Of a DNA stretch of 45,105 nucleotides, positions 16,098-25,346 are shown in pieces. This DNA is from a virus. Under the pieces are notes generated by a model that was not told where the DNA came from, did no database searches, and saw only the letters and a list, made by a program, of their open reading frames with translations. Each line of letters starts with the position of its first letter. Position 1 is the stretch's first letter. The stretch lies in the IMG/VR virus record IMGVR_UViG_3300045988_173304; one strand, written 5' to 3'. A program made the position numbers and the translations under genes.

Positions 16098-19000
16098 ATG
16101 GCAAAAAATACTGAAACCACAACCAAATTTAAGGTTGACATCAGTGAACTAAAAAGTAGTTTACAAGATGCAAATAGACAAATTGCATTGACCAATTCTG
16201 AGTTCAAAGCTGCTACTGCAGGAATGGACAATTGGAGTAGTTCAGCAGACGGTTTAAATGCAAAAATCACACAACTTAAAAATGTCAATCAGAATTATTC
16301 AAAAATTTTGGACGAAATTCAAAATAAATATAATGACGTAGTTCGAACTGAAGGTGAAAATTCAGAATCTGCTCAAAACCTTCAGATTAAAATGAACTCA
16401 TTAAAAGCTGCTATCAAAGGAAATGAGGCAGCAATCTCAAAATACGAGAAAAGTTTGGATGAGCTTGAGAGAGGGTCAAATGGCTCTGCAAACGGTACAG
16501 ACGAACTAGGAGATGCATTAGAAGATGCCGGAGATTCCGCCAAAAAAGCAGAGAAAGAACTTGACGGAGCAAACAAAAAAATCAAGGAAACCGGCGATAA
16601 TTCAGATGAATCAAGTGGAAAGCTAAAAGGTTTTCTGGGTGCATTAGGCAAAGGAGCTATTGCAGGTCTTGGTGCAGCGATTACTGGTTTGGCAGGTGGT
16701 TTAGTTGCTGCCACAGAAAGCTCGAAAGAATTCAACGACAACATGGCAAAATTGTCAAGTGCTGCAAAAGATGGTGGCTATTCCGCAGATTTCGCAGAAA
16801 AAAGTTTCCAAAATATGTACGGTGTTTTGGGTGATGAAACCGCTGCGAACACGACTGTTTCTAATTTCATGGCGATGGGTACTAGTACTGAAAATTTGAA
16901 CAGTTTGCTGAATTCTTCTGCAGGTATTTGGGCGAAGTATGGTGATTCGATTCCACTTGATGGTTTGGCTGAGTCTGTCAATGAAACTGCTAAAGTTGGA
17001 CAAATTACTGGTAACTTGGCGGATGCCTTAAACTGGGCAGGAGAAAATGAAGACGATTTTAATGCAAAATTGGCAGCGTGTAGTGATGAACAACAGCGAC
17101 AGCAATTGATTGTTGACACGTTGAATGGTTTGTATGGTGACCTCGGCAAAGAATACAAGAAAAACAACAAGGCAATGATTGACTTGAACACTGCACAATT
17201 GAGCATGAAGCAAAGTATTGCAGATATTGGCACAGCGTTCACACCTGTTCTTGCAATGTTTACCCAATTTGGGGCTGGAATTCTTGCTGACATCGTTCCA
17301 GACGTTGAGAACCTTGCGAGTGCTTTCACAGATTTGGTAAACGGTGTTGATGGAGCAGGAGAAAAAATTGGCTCATCTGTCGGAAATATTATCACATCAC
17401 TTGTGACAACTATCACAAACATTCTTCCAACAGTAGCAACAGTTGGCGTTGAAATTATCCAAAGTATCATTGGTGGTATCACAGAAAGTTCTGGTGAAAT
17501 TTTATCCGCTGCAAGTGAAATTATCATGACACTTGCAAATGGTATCGTAATGATTGCACCACAACTTTTGACGAGCATTATTACGATCGTAGCACAGATA
17601 ATTCAGGAAATAATCACACTTGCTCCACAACTTTTGAGTGCTGCTATGCAGTTGTTCCAAGGACTTATTACTGCATTGACAGAAATAGACCTCGGAACAA
17701 CATTGTCCAATCTTATTACATCACTTGTAACGATGTTGACACAATCAACACCAGAACTTTTTGCAGGTGCGACAACTCTATTTAATGCGATTGTACAAGC
17801 TGTGCCAGAACTATTAAATCAATTACTCCCTGTACTGCCTACAATCATTGACAGTATTACAAATTTTTTGGTTACTGCGTTGCCCGATATTTTGGCTGCT
17901 GCACAAACAATGCTAAATGGATTGATCGATGCATTGCCGCTTGTTATTCAGGCGTTAACGACATCGCTGCCTGATATTATCCATTCAATCGCAAATTTTT
18001 TGGTTCAGAGTGTACCGCAAATTTTGGATGCTGCGATTCAACTATTCAACGCTTTAGTGGAGGCATTACCACAGATTATTCAAAGCCTTGTTGCAGCATT
18101 ACCAACTATCATTTCTGCAATTGTGCAGTTTTTGATGGATGCAGTTCCACAACTTTTGAGTGCTGCACTTAATTTTCTTGGTGCAATTGTTAGGGCTATT
18201 CCTACGATAGCACAAGACTTGATTGTTGCAGTACCACAAATCTTAAATGCGATCATTGAGGGTCTTGCACCACTCGCAGAAAAAATTGGTGAAAAACTAA
18301 CTGAAGCGTGGAATAAATTCACTGAATGGTGCGGGGAAATGATTATTCATGCAGGAATTGCGATGCTAGAATTTATCAATACAATTGATTCGTGGCTGTC
18401 TGATTTACCTGGAAAAGTTTGGGAGTGGCTGTCAAATGTAATTAGTAATGTAGCTTCATGGGCAGCAGATATGGGAGCAAAAGCAAGTCAAGCTGCAAGT
18501 GATTTTTTCAACAATATCGCAAACAGGATTCAGGAACTTCCGGGCGAATTCTGGAACTGGTTGACGGACATCATTGGGAAAGTCACAACATTTGCAAGTG
18601 ATCTCGGAAGCAAGGCGAGCGAAGCAGCACAGAATTTATGGGATAACATTGTAGATGGCATTAGCGGCTTGCCAGATAAAATCTATAGCATTGGTTCTGA
18701 TATTGTGGAAGGCTTATGGAATGGGATCAATGACATGGCAGGCTGGATTTGGGATAAAATTCAGGGGTTTGGTCAGGGCGTTTTAGATGGGCTGAAAAGT
18801 TTCTTTGACATCAATTCCCCGTCTAAAGTCATGGCGGATCAGATTGGTAAATTCCTGCCGATGGGCATGGCAGAGGGGATTGAGAACGAAACAAAGACCG
18901 CTGTTAATGCGATGCAGAAATCTGCACAGAAAACGCTACAGGCTGCGAAATCTGCGATTGCAAACGTCTCCAGCGATTTGAATATCGGAGCAGGCACATC

Positions 19001-19127
19001 TAAGGCGGCTGGAACAACGCAAGTTGTCAACAATTACAACTTTAATCAGACAAACAACAGCCCAAAGGCACTATCTCGGTATGATATTTACAGGCAGTCC
19101 AAAAATCTGCTGAATGCAAAGGGGTGA
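16098..19127 (+). CDS. Tape measure protein
   Basis: 1009 aa, long helical and repetitive (LPxIIxSI-type repeats). Positioned after the chaperones. Confidence 0.9.
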   Translation: MAKNTETTTKFKVDISELKSSLQDANRQIALTNSEFKAATAGMDNWSSSADGLNAKITQLKNVNQNYSKILDEIQNKYNDVVRTEGENSESAQNLQIKMNSLKAAIKGNEAAISKYEKSLDELERGSNGSANGTDELGDALEDAGDSAKKAEKELDGANKKIKETGDNSDESSGKLKGFLGALGKGAIAGLGAAITGLAGGLVAATESSKEFNDNMAKLSSAAKDGGYSADFAEKSFQNMYGVLGDETAANTTVSNFMAMGTSTENLNSLLNSSAGIWAKYGDSIPLDGLAESVNETAKVGQITGNLADALNWAGENEDDFNAKLAACSDEQQRQQLIVDTLNGLYGDLGKEYKKNNKAMIDLNTAQLSMKQSIADIGTAFTPVLAMFTQFGAGILADIVPDVENLASAFTDLVNGVDGAGEKIGSSVGNIITSLVTTITNILPTVATVGVEIIQSIIGGITESSGEILSAASEIIMTLANGIVMIAPQLLTSIITIVAQIIQEIITLAPQLLSAAMQLFQGLITALTEIDLGTTLSNLITSLVTMLTQSTPELFAGATTLFNAIVQAVPELLNQLLPVLPTIIDSITNFLVTALPDILAAAQTMLNGLIDALPLVIQALTTSLPDIIHSIANFLVQSVPQILDAAIQLFNALVEALPQIIQSLVAALPTIISAIVQFLMDAVPQLLSAALNFLGAIVRAIPTIAQDLIVAVPQILNAIIEGLAPLAEKIGEKLTEAWNKFTEWCGEMIIHAGIAMLEFINTIDSWLSDLPGKVWEWLSNVISNVASWAADMGAKASQAASDFFNNIANRIQELPGEFWNWLTDIIGKVTTFASDLGSKASEAAQNLWDNIVDGISGLPDKIYSIGSDIVEGLWNGINDMAGWIWDKIQGFGQGVLDGLKSFFDINSPSKVMADQIGKFLPMGMAEGIENETKTAVNAMQKSAQKTLQAAKSAIANVSSDLNIGAGTSKAAGTTQVVNNYNFNQTNNSPKALSRYDIYRQSKNLLNAKG

Positions 19128-19133
19128 TTATTT

Positions 19134-19982
19134 TTGTATTTCGTCAAAACAAAAACGATTGATTTTACAAATAACGCTAATTTTTGCATTTATAAAATAG
19201 ATGGATTATCCCCACCCGGAGCAACGCTGAATTTTAGCACAATTGCCAACGTAGACGGAGAAGTTTATAACTCCGGCAGAATCAACAAGCGAAATATTGT
19301 GCTATATATCAAGATGTTTCCAGACGTGGAGCAAAACCGGAATATTTTGTACGAACATTTTCCGCTGGGAAAAGTCGTCCGGATCTATTTCCGGAATGGG
19401 CTGCATGATGTCTACATTGATGGATATGTGGAAACATTTGAATGCGACTTGTTCAGCAACAATGAAACTGCACAAGTATCCATTATTTGCAATGACCCGT
19501 ATTTTAGAAGTGCAAAGAAAGAAACATTGGTTTTGTCAGTATCAGAAGCCCGTTTTGAATTTCCATTTTCCATCAATATTGGCGAGCCGATTCCTGTTTC
19601 TGAACGCAATTACAGCACCTCTGGCATTATCAATGCCGGACTGGTGTCAACGGGAATGGTGGTCGAATTTAAGGCGATTGGAAAAATCACATCCAGACCA
19701 TGGCTAACCAATTTGACATCCAATCAAACCATGAAGCTGACAGGCACAGAAACAACGCTGAATCAAGGCGAAAAAATCACGGTAAACACCAATAAACATC
19801 ATTTGTCTATTGTAAAGACATTTACGGATGGAACAACCAAAAATATTTTGAACACGATGGATGAAAGTTTTGAGTGGGTGCAGCTGCTGCCCGGAAAGAA
19901 TCGTCTAACCTATGGGGCAGACGAAAAACCGGAAAATCTGCTTGTTACTATCACAGTTGACAAGCTGCTGCTGGGGGTGTAA
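19134..19982 (+). CDS. Distal tail protein (Dit)
   Basis: Positioned after the TMP. The N-terminal pattern is typical of siphovirus tail-family proteins. Confidence 0.7.
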   Translation: MYFVKTKTIDFTNNANFCIYKIDGLSPPGATLNFSTIANVDGEVYNSGRINKRNIVLYIKMFPDVEQNRNILYEHFPLGKVVRIYFRNGLHDVYIDGYVETFECDLFSNNETAQVSIICNDPYFRSAKKETLVLSVSEARFEFPFSINIGEPIPVSERNYSTSGIINAGLVSTGMVVEFKAIGKITSRPWLTNLTSNQTMKLTGTETTLNQGEKITVNTNKHHLSIVKTFTDGTTKNILNTMDESFEWVQLLPGKNRLTYGADEKPENLLVTITVDKLLLGV

Positions 19983-19985
19983 TTC

Positions 19986-21101
19986 ATGGAATTGTACATA
20001 TTGAATCAAACTTTTCAAAGAGTTGCTGTAATTGATAAGTACAGTTCACTAATTTGGACACGGCGTTACTGGGATGTTGGGGATTTTGAACTATACATTC
20101 CAGCTGATCCAGATTTACTACAGTACTTGCAGATTGGATTTTACGTTTTTCGGGAAGATTGTGAAAGCACGATGATGATCGAACACATTGAAATCAAGAC
20201 CGATGCAGAAAACGGGAACTATTTTATCATTTCCGGACGTGGCGTTGAAAATATCTTATCTTACAGGGTCGTTGCAAATGCTGGCTCTTTCTCTGCAAGT
20301 TCTCCATCAGCATTGTGCTGCTGGCTGATCAGCTTGGAAGCAAAAGGCGTGAATGCAAAATATGCCGATCGTGAAATCGACATTATAAAAGATTTGTACG
20401 GCGTGAAACTTGATGCAGAAGAAGGATATTTTTATTGGAATGTATACCAATATGAAAATCTTCTTGATGCAATTTTCAGCATCTGCAAGCAGTATGGATT
20501 TAGTTTTAGATTTGTTTTTACAGATAAAAAGGATGGGTTCAATTTTACATGTTACAAAGGCATTGATCGGACATTCGACCAAAAAGAAAATACCCCTGTT
20601 ATTTTTTCACCGAAATACTACAACTTAATCAATAGCCAATATGTTTTAGACGATGAGAATAATAAAACGATGGCTTTTATTGCTGGAGAAGGGGAAGGTG
20701 CTGACCGTTCCGTCATTTGGACGCACAAGACGTGGAACTCTGCTGATGAACATAAAGTGCCAAAGCAGTTAGATCGCCGGGAAATTTTTGTGGATGCTCG
20801 TGACCTAAGAATGAAAAAAGACGATGGTACATATTACACTGCTGCGGAATATGGGATACTTTTAAGACAGCGTGGAAAAGAAAAGCTGTTTGAAACTGGT
20901 ATCATTGAGGGACTATCCGGAGAAGTGGACACAACCCTGCAATTTATATACCGCCGAGATTGGGACTTAGGCGACCTTGTAAGCATTGAAAATGAATACG
21001 GCATGAAAGCAAATGCACGAGTTTTGGAAGTAATTGAAGCGGATGACGAAAACGGTTACAGAGTAACACCGACATTTTCAGACTGGGAGATGAAAGCATG
21101 A
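19986..21101 (+). CDS. Tail-associated protein, siphovirus Gp37-like
   Basis: MELYILNQTFQRVAVIDKYSSLIWTRRYWDVGDFELYIPA matches the recalled Gp37-like N-terminus. Confidence 0.65.
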   Translation: MELYILNQTFQRVAVIDKYSSLIWTRRYWDVGDFELYIPADPDLLQYLQIGFYVFREDCESTMMIEHIEIKTDAENGNYFIISGRGVENILSYRVVANAGSFSASSPSALCCWLISLEAKGVNAKYADREIDIIKDLYGVKLDAEEGYFYWNVYQYENLLDAIFSICKQYGFSFRFVFTDKKDGFNFTCYKGIDRTFDQKENTPVIFSPKYYNLINSQYVLDDENNKTMAFIAGEGEGADRSVIWTHKTWNSADEHKVPKQLDRREIFVDARDLRMKKDDGTYYTAAEYGILLRQRGKEKLFETGIIEGLSGEVDTTLQFIYRRDWDLGDLVSIENEYGMKANARVLEVIEADDENGYRVTPTFSDWEMKA

Positions 21102-22096
21102 TAAAAAGTGGATTTTATGACAGTATCAATCATGACCGCCTGTATGGGGCAGATGATTTTTCAGATTATTTTGAAGGATTGATTTCTGACGGGATTTATG
21201 CAGGCATCGGAAAAGAATTTAGGGTTTTTGCTGATGGGTCTACGATGGGCGTTCAGGTTGACACTGGCAGAGCAAAAATCTTAAATAAGTATGTGAGAAA
21301 TACGGATGTTCTGGACATTGAAATTGATACAGCAGACAGCGAGAATCCCCGATGGGATGCGGTTTGTGTATCGGTCAATCTGGATGAAGCATACAGAAAC
21401 GGCTATATTGATGTGCATAAAGGAACTCCAGCAGCTGATCCGCAAAAACCGGATGTTCCGGACACCAACGCAGCAAAGTTGTTTGTGCTTGCTTATGTGT
21501 ATGTTCCTGCACAAGCCACAGAGATTGTGCCAGAAAACATTAGCGACAATAGAGGAGCAGCAAACTGTCCATATGTTGTTGGTATCACTGGAACTGAAAA
21601 CATCGTAAACGTCGTGCAAGAAGCTGCAACAAATGCACAAACACAAATTGCTGCATCTGCAACGAATGCACAATCACAAGTTTCCAGTTTTGTGACAGAT
21701 GCACAATCAGAAGTAAATGCTTTTGTTACAAACGCACAAACGCAGGTCGACACGTTTTTGACTGATTCTGAAACAGACCTACAAAACTTGGAAACTAATT
21801 TCAACATTTGGTGGGACAACCAAAAGCAAAACAAAATCAAATTGTTAGAGGATACAAGACAATATATTGACAAAAACGCCGCTGGTAGTATTCAGATATC
21901 AAGCGACCGATATTCGTTAGATGATGAAATTGCAGGAACAGCGGTTATGAATGTATACCGAAACGGATTGCGAATGATGCGAAATATAGATTATACTTTG
22001 CGATATTCGGAAGACCGTTCAATTACATGGGTCGATTTTAATGTCGCACACGAAAACGATGTGATTGTGATTCAGATTCTGAAAATTTCATCATAA
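21098..22096 (+). CDS. Tail fibre / receptor-binding candidate with five 11-aa repeats
   Basis: Last gene of the tail block. ATNAQTQIAAS-type hendecad repeats at nt 21626-21790. Confidence 0.55.
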   Translation: MIKSGFYDSINHDRLYGADDFSDYFEGLISDGIYAGIGKEFRVFADGSTMGVQVDTGRAKILNKYVRNTDVLDIEIDTADSENPRWDAVCVSVNLDEAYRNGYIDVHKGTPAADPQKPDVPDTNAAKLFVLAYVYVPAQATEIVPENISDNRGAANCPYVVGITGTENIVNVVQEAATNAQTQIAASATNAQSQVSSFVTDAQSEVNAFVTNAQTQVDTFLTDSETDLQNLETNFNIWWDNQKQNKIKLLEDTRQYIDKNAAGSIQISSDRYSLDDEIAGTAVMNVYRNGLRMMRNIDYTLRYSEDRSITWVDFNVAHENDVIVIQILKISS

Positions 22097-22098
22097 AT

Positions 22099-22134
22099 TA
22101 AAAAGAGCTCCTCAATCGAGGGGCTCTTCTTTTT
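22099..22134. terminator. Bidirectional terminator between convergent operons
   Basis: 10-bp stem AGAGCTCCTC / GAGGGGCTCT with an A-run before and a T-run after. Confidence 0.75.
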
Positions 22135-22288
22135 GCCATTCTTCAAGTGTTCTGAAATCGTCTTCTTCTTTGATTGCTTTCACTTCAGCTTCTTCATCAA
22201 GTCCAATTAGTAGCTGTTGATGGATTTCTTCAATTTCTTTTTGGATATTATCCAAGCGTTCTAACAATCGTTTGTAGTCAATTGCCAT
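22112..22288 (-). CDS. Small acidic helical protein, candidate antitoxin (58 aa)
   Basis: ATG 22288 follows a GAGGTGATATTT SD and overlaps the toxin stop by 11 nt. Sequence: MAIDYKRLLERLDNIQKEIEEIHQQLL..EEWQKEEPLD. Confidence 0.5.
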   Translation of the reverse strand: MAIDYKRLLERLDNIQKEIEEIHQQLLIGLDEEAEVKAIKEEDDFRTLEEWQKEEPLD

Positions 22289-22514
22289 AAATATCACCTC
22301 GTGGTCCAATTTTAATTACTTTGATTATATCATCCTCAATGTAGAATCGCACTCTATAATCGTCAACACGTAGTCGATAGTCACCACTATTTCCTTTCAG
22401 CTTTTTGATATCACCTTTTGGAATATTATTGATTGCACGCTCGATTTGTTCTCGTTTTGGACGATGCAACTTCTTCCAATATTTATATGCTTGCTTCGAA
22501 TATTTGACCTCCAT
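22278..22514 (-). CDS. RelE/ParE-family type II toxin
   Basis: ..KKLKGNSGDYRLRVDDYRVRFYIEDDIIKVIKIGPRGDIY matches the RelE/StbE signature (L.G....yRlRvGdyRv.y.i......v..i..R...Y). Confidence 0.75.
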   Translation of the reverse strand: MEVKYSKQAYKYWKKLHRPKREQIERAINNIPKGDIKKLKGNSGDYRLRVDDYRVRFYIEDDIIKVIKIGPRGDIYGN

Positions 22515-22539
22515 GTTCTCACCTCTCTTTCATATTCTT

Positions 22540-22568
22540 ATTATACAACGATTGTTGTAGGAGGTACA
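22540..22568 (-). promoter_or_regulatory. Promoter/operator cassette (minus strand)
   Basis: On the minus strand: TGTACC-N17-TATAAT, with the perfect palindrome TACAAC-AATC-GTTGTA in the spacer. Confidence 0.65.
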
Positions 22569-22603
22569 CAAAAAGTCATCAAGAACTTTGTGTATTTTGA
22601 CTA

Positions 22604-22632
22604 TGTACATTATACAACAATTGTGGTATAAT
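22604..22632 (+). promoter_or_regulatory. Promoter/operator cassette
   Basis: TGTACA (22604-09)-N17-TATAAT (22627-32). TACAAC-AATT-GTGGTA lies in the spacer. Confidence 0.65.
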
Positions 22633-22680
22633 AATAACTGTAATCAAGCTGAAGAGCTTAAACTAAAGGAGAAATTAAAA

Positions 22681-23001
22681 ATGAACACTTACATGCTGAG
22701 AGCACAATTGAACACGATCAACTGCAACACGGAAATCACCCGCGAGGATTTCGAGAGCCTTTTTTACAAGACCAGTGAGCGAATCACTTTCACATTCAAT
22801 GGTTGGGATGGAAAGAGTTATAACGGTGAAAGCCGCAACGGTTATGTATACCGCACGACCCTCAAAGGCTATGAGGATGTGAGATTTATCAAGGTCGGTA
22901 AAGGACTGCACTACATTGATGAGGACAGCAGCATTATCGAGAAAGCAACGTGCATCGCTCACAAGGAAGCCGAGTGGCTTATCGATGTGAAAAGAGCCTG
23001 A
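22681..23001 (+). CDS. Hypothetical protein (106 aa)
   Basis: ATG follows an AAAGGAGAAATTAAAA SD. Confidence 0.6.
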   Translation: MNTYMLRAQLNTINCNTEITREDFESLFYKTSERITFTFNGWDGKSYNGESRNGYVYRTTLKGYEDVRFIKVGKGLHYIDEDSSIIEKATCIAHKEAEWLIDVKRA

Positions 23002-23030
23002 GTGCAAACATCGTTAACGGAGGAATTATC

Positions 23031-23240
23031 ATGACAGTCGCTGAATTGAAAAAGAATCCGAAGTATTATCGCCATCACGTGGCAAGCCGAAGAGGATATG
23101 AATTCCGTAAGGAAAATCTCGATGGCACATACGGACACGTTGAACCGTACGAAGGTAAGTTCGGTAAGGGCTTCATCCACCTCACTCCTCGTTGGGACTC
23201 AACAATGTACGTATACGTTATCTACTACATCGAAAAGTAA
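23031..23240 (+). CDS. Hypothetical protein (69 aa)
   Basis: ATG follows an ACGGAGGAATTATC SD and is followed by a terminator. Confidence 0.6.
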   Translation: MTVAELKKNPKYYRHHVASRRGYEFRKENLDGTYGHVEPYEGKFGKGFIHLTPRWDSTMYVYVIYYIEK

Positions 23241-23245
23241 AAAGC

Positions 23246-23281
23246 AGAGGCCGCTGAATGATTTCAGTGGCCTCTTTGTTT
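23246..23281. terminator. Bidirectional terminator
   Basis: 13-bp stem AGAGGCCGCTGAA / TTCAGTGGCCTCT (one G-U pair), flanked by A-run and T-run. Confidence 0.75.
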
Positions 23282-23511
23282 TATGATGTGACTTTTTTCA
23301 GAAGATCAATGTACTCCTGTTTTTCAATCACGTCTTCCAATTTACAATCAAGAGCAATGCATACTCGTAAAATTGTACCAATATTAGCGTGATCGAAATC
23401 CCTAGAACCTTGCTCATAATGCTGTAATACTCGCACATTGATTTCGGCTTTCTCAGCAAGCTGAGACTGAGACAAGCCTTTGGCCTGCCTCAATGTTTTC
23501 AGTTTTGTCAT
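23281..23511 (-). CDS. XRE-family HTH transcriptional regulator
   Basis: LRQAKGLSQSQLAEKAEINVRVLQHYEQG is a classic Cro/CI-type HTH. SD GAGGAGGTAACAT. Confidence 0.85.
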   Translation of the reverse strand: MTKLKTLRQAKGLSQSQLAEKAEINVRVLQHYEQGSRDFDHANIGTILRVCIALDCKLEDVIEKQEYIDLLKKVTS

Positions 23512-23522
23512 ATGTTACCTCC

Positions 23523-23789
23523 TCAATATTCATTGGTGAATAGTATCGTCGTGTAAGAACGATCGTACTCAGTAATTATATAGATGTCGCCATATTCACT
23601 ATTATAGCGTGCGACAATTCTATCGTCACCTCTATCATTCATGCGCTTATCTTCAGTAGGCAAATCTCCCCAATCATGATTCTTATATCTTTCCAAACTA
23701 CTAAACACAAAATGATAAAATAAATAATTTTCCACTACTGCATTTCCAACTGTTCGTGTCATTACTGTTTGACCAAGTTCCATGTTCAT
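23523..23789 (-). CDS. Conserved small protein of unknown function (alternative start 23783)
   Basis: ..HDWGDLPTEDKRMND..IYIITEYDRSYTTILFTNEY. I recall this pattern from plasmid/ICE-borne small proteins but cannot name the family. Confidence 0.55.
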   Translation of the reverse strand: MNMELGQTVMTRTVGNAVVENYLFYHFVFSSLERYKNHDWGDLPTEDKRMNDRGDDRIVARYNSEYGDIYIITEYDRSYTTILFTNEY

Positions 23790-23816
23790 CTTCTCCCTTA
23801 TTGTGTGTCTGATTAT

Positions 23817-23845
23817 ATTATACAACGATTGTGGTATGATGTACA
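23817..23845 (-). promoter_or_regulatory. Promoter/operator cassette (minus strand)
   Basis: On the minus strand: TGTACA-N17-TATAAT, with TACCAC-AATC-GTTGTA in the spacer. Confidence 0.65.
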
Positions 23846-23928
23846 CCAATTGTTATATGGTTTGAGTCTCAAAACACAACAGGTTATATTGCACAAGAAA
23901 ATAACTTGAACTTTGGTTGTTTTGGCCG

Positions 23929-23957
23929 TGTACAATCTACAACAAATGTTGTATAAT
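23929..23957 (+). promoter_or_regulatory. Promoter/operator cassette
   Basis: TGTACA (23929-34)-N17-TATAAT (23952-57). Perfect palindrome TACAAC-AAAT-GTTGTA (23938-53). Confidence 0.7.
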
Positions 23958-23999
23958 AGATAATGTAATCAACAACAACCACAACGGAGGTCAAATATT

Positions 24000-24488
24000 A
24001 TGAACATCGAAAACATGACAAGCAAAGAACTCAAGGCAATGGCAAAAGAGCTGAAGGTCAAGAACTGGTGGAACCTTAAGAAAGCAGAGCTCATCGCTGC
24101 TATCCAGAGCATCCAGAATGACAATGAGGACGCAGAAGAAACCACTAACGAAGAATCTATCGTTGAAGAAGAAAATGTGTCTGAAGACTACACAATCGTT
24201 ACTAAAAATTCAAATGGAGGCGTGACTGTTATTGCTGAATGTCATCACGAAGATATTACTCAGAACGTTCAGGATGACTCAGAAGAAACTGAAAAACCTG
24301 CTAAGAAGTCTCGCGGCAAGATGATTGAGTATAACGGTGAATCCAAGAACCTGAATCAATGGGCAAAGGAACTTGGAATGAGTGGTCAGACACTCTTCGC
24401 AAGAATCTATATTTCTGGTTGGACAGTTGAAAAAGCATTCACTACACCAACTAAACCAAGAAAAAAGAAAACGGAGGAAGAAGCATGA
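24000..24488 (+). CDS. DNA-binding protein: N-terminal Rho-N/SAP-like motif, acidic linker, C-terminal HTH-like module
   Basis: SKELKAMAKELKVKNWWNLKKAELIAAIQ is HeH/SAP-like. The C-terminal GESKNLNQWAKELGMSGQTLFARIYISGWTVEKAF is also present at the C-terminus of the GIY-YIG protein (40399-40989). Confidence 0.55.
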   Translation: MNIENMTSKELKAMAKELKVKNWWNLKKAELIAAIQSIQNDNEDAEETTNEESIVEEENVSEDYTIVTKNSNGGVTVIAECHHEDITQNVQDDSEETEKPAKKSRGKMIEYNGESKNLNQWAKELGMSGQTLFARIYISGWTVEKAFTTPTKPRKKKTEEEA

Positions 24489-24703
24489 ACAAAATTGCAG
24501 AAAATTTCAAAAAGAACCCAAAATTGAAGCCGAATGCCAAAATGATAGGTGAAGATGGAAACATCTTCAACCTTATTGGGATCGCTCGTAAAGCTATCCG
24601 ACATATGCCTGAAGCGTACAACGAGATGCGTGACAGAATCTATTGTGCACAATCATACGATGAAGCACTGGAAATTCTGAGCGAATATGTAAATATCATC
24701 TGA
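24485..24703 (+). CDS. Hypothetical protein (72 aa)
   Basis: ATGA-coupled to the upstream gene. The ..GEDGNIFNLIGIARKAIR.. pattern is recalled from a widespread small phage protein family of unknown function. Confidence 0.6.
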   Translation: MNKIAENFKKNPKLKPNAKMIGEDGNIFNLIGIARKAIRHMPEAYNEMRDRIYCAQSYDEALEILSEYVNII

Positions 24704-24739
24704 AAAAAGGCCACTCAATTTTTTTGAGTGGCCCATTTT
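24703..24739. terminator. Bidirectional terminator
   Basis: Stem GGCCACTCAA / TTGAGTGGCC (24709-18 / 24724-33), flanked by A-run and T-run. Confidence 0.8.
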
Positions 24740-24888
24740 CATATCATGTAAAGTAATTCACCGATTTCATATTCGTCTGTGATTCTAAAACGAATGAATG
24801 ATTTCCCTAAGGTCATTTGAAACCATCCATTTTGGATTTCGTATTCATGTCCTTTGAATTCAAGTTCTTCAAGTAAATCTAATAGCAT
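24739..24888 (-). CDS. Hypothetical small protein (49 aa, below the ORF-track cutoff)
   Basis: Hand translation gives MLLDLLEELEFKGHEYEIQNGWFQMTLGKSFIRFRITDEYEIGELLYMI. SD AAGGAGGAAACAAA. It has its own promoter cassette and terminator. Confidence 0.65.
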   Translation of the reverse strand: MLLDLLEELEFKGHEYEIQNGWFQMTLGKSFIRFRITDEYEIGELLYMI

Positions 24889-24917
24889 TTTGTTTCCTCC
24901 TTAATTGGTATATTCTT

Positions 24918-24946
24918 ATTATACAACTATCGTTGTACATTGTACA
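24918..24946 (-). promoter_or_regulatory. Promoter/operator cassette (minus strand)
   Basis: On the minus strand: TGTACA-N17-TATAAT, with the perfect palindrome TACAAC-GATA-GTTGTA. Confidence 0.7.
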
Positions 24947-24981
24947 CAGTTTTATGAGGAAATCTTTGTGCAAAACGGCCG

Positions 24982-25010
24982 TGTACATAGTACAACAATT
25001 GTGGTATAAT
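24982..25010 (+). promoter_or_regulatory. Promoter/operator cassette
   Basis: TGTACA (24982-87)-N17-TATAAT (25005-10). TACAAC-AATT-GTGGTA lies in the spacer. Confidence 0.7.
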
Positions 25011-25064
25011 AATACCATGATAAACAAACAGAGCGAAAGCTCAGAAAGAATGAGGTAATTAAAA

Positions 25065-25346
25065 ATGAAAACAGTTGAAATCGGAATGAATGTTGAAGCA
25101 TATAAGAGCCACTGCATTGGAATAATCATTGACAGCAGTACTTACAGTGGAAAAATCATCAAGGTAAATAAGAAATCAATTCGTGTACAGCTTGAACACA
25201 TTGTTGCAAAGCATGGCAATAAGATTGTAAGCGATACAGACTATGCAGCAACAGTTACTTATAAATTTTGGAAGACAACTTCCGACGGTAGAGACATCTA
25301 TGTCAGTGACGGTAGAATTTACGGAATCATTGAAATCACAAAATAA
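25065..25346 (+). CDS. Hypothetical protein (93 aa)
   Basis: SD GAGGTAATTAAAA. Its stop codon directly abuts the hammerhead motif. Confidence 0.6.
   Translation: MKTVEIGMNVEAYKSHCIGIIIDSSTYSGKIIKVNKKSIRVQLEHIVAKHGNKIVSDTDYAATVTYKFWKTTSDGRDIYVSDGRIYGIIEITK

Noticed and set aside
16778-17578. 266-aa minus-strand ORF (and other antisense ORFs inside 16.1-19.1 kb)
   Set aside because: It is antisense to the tape measure gene. Its low-complexity Ser/Pro/Ala-rich translation mirrors the repetitive TMP sequence.
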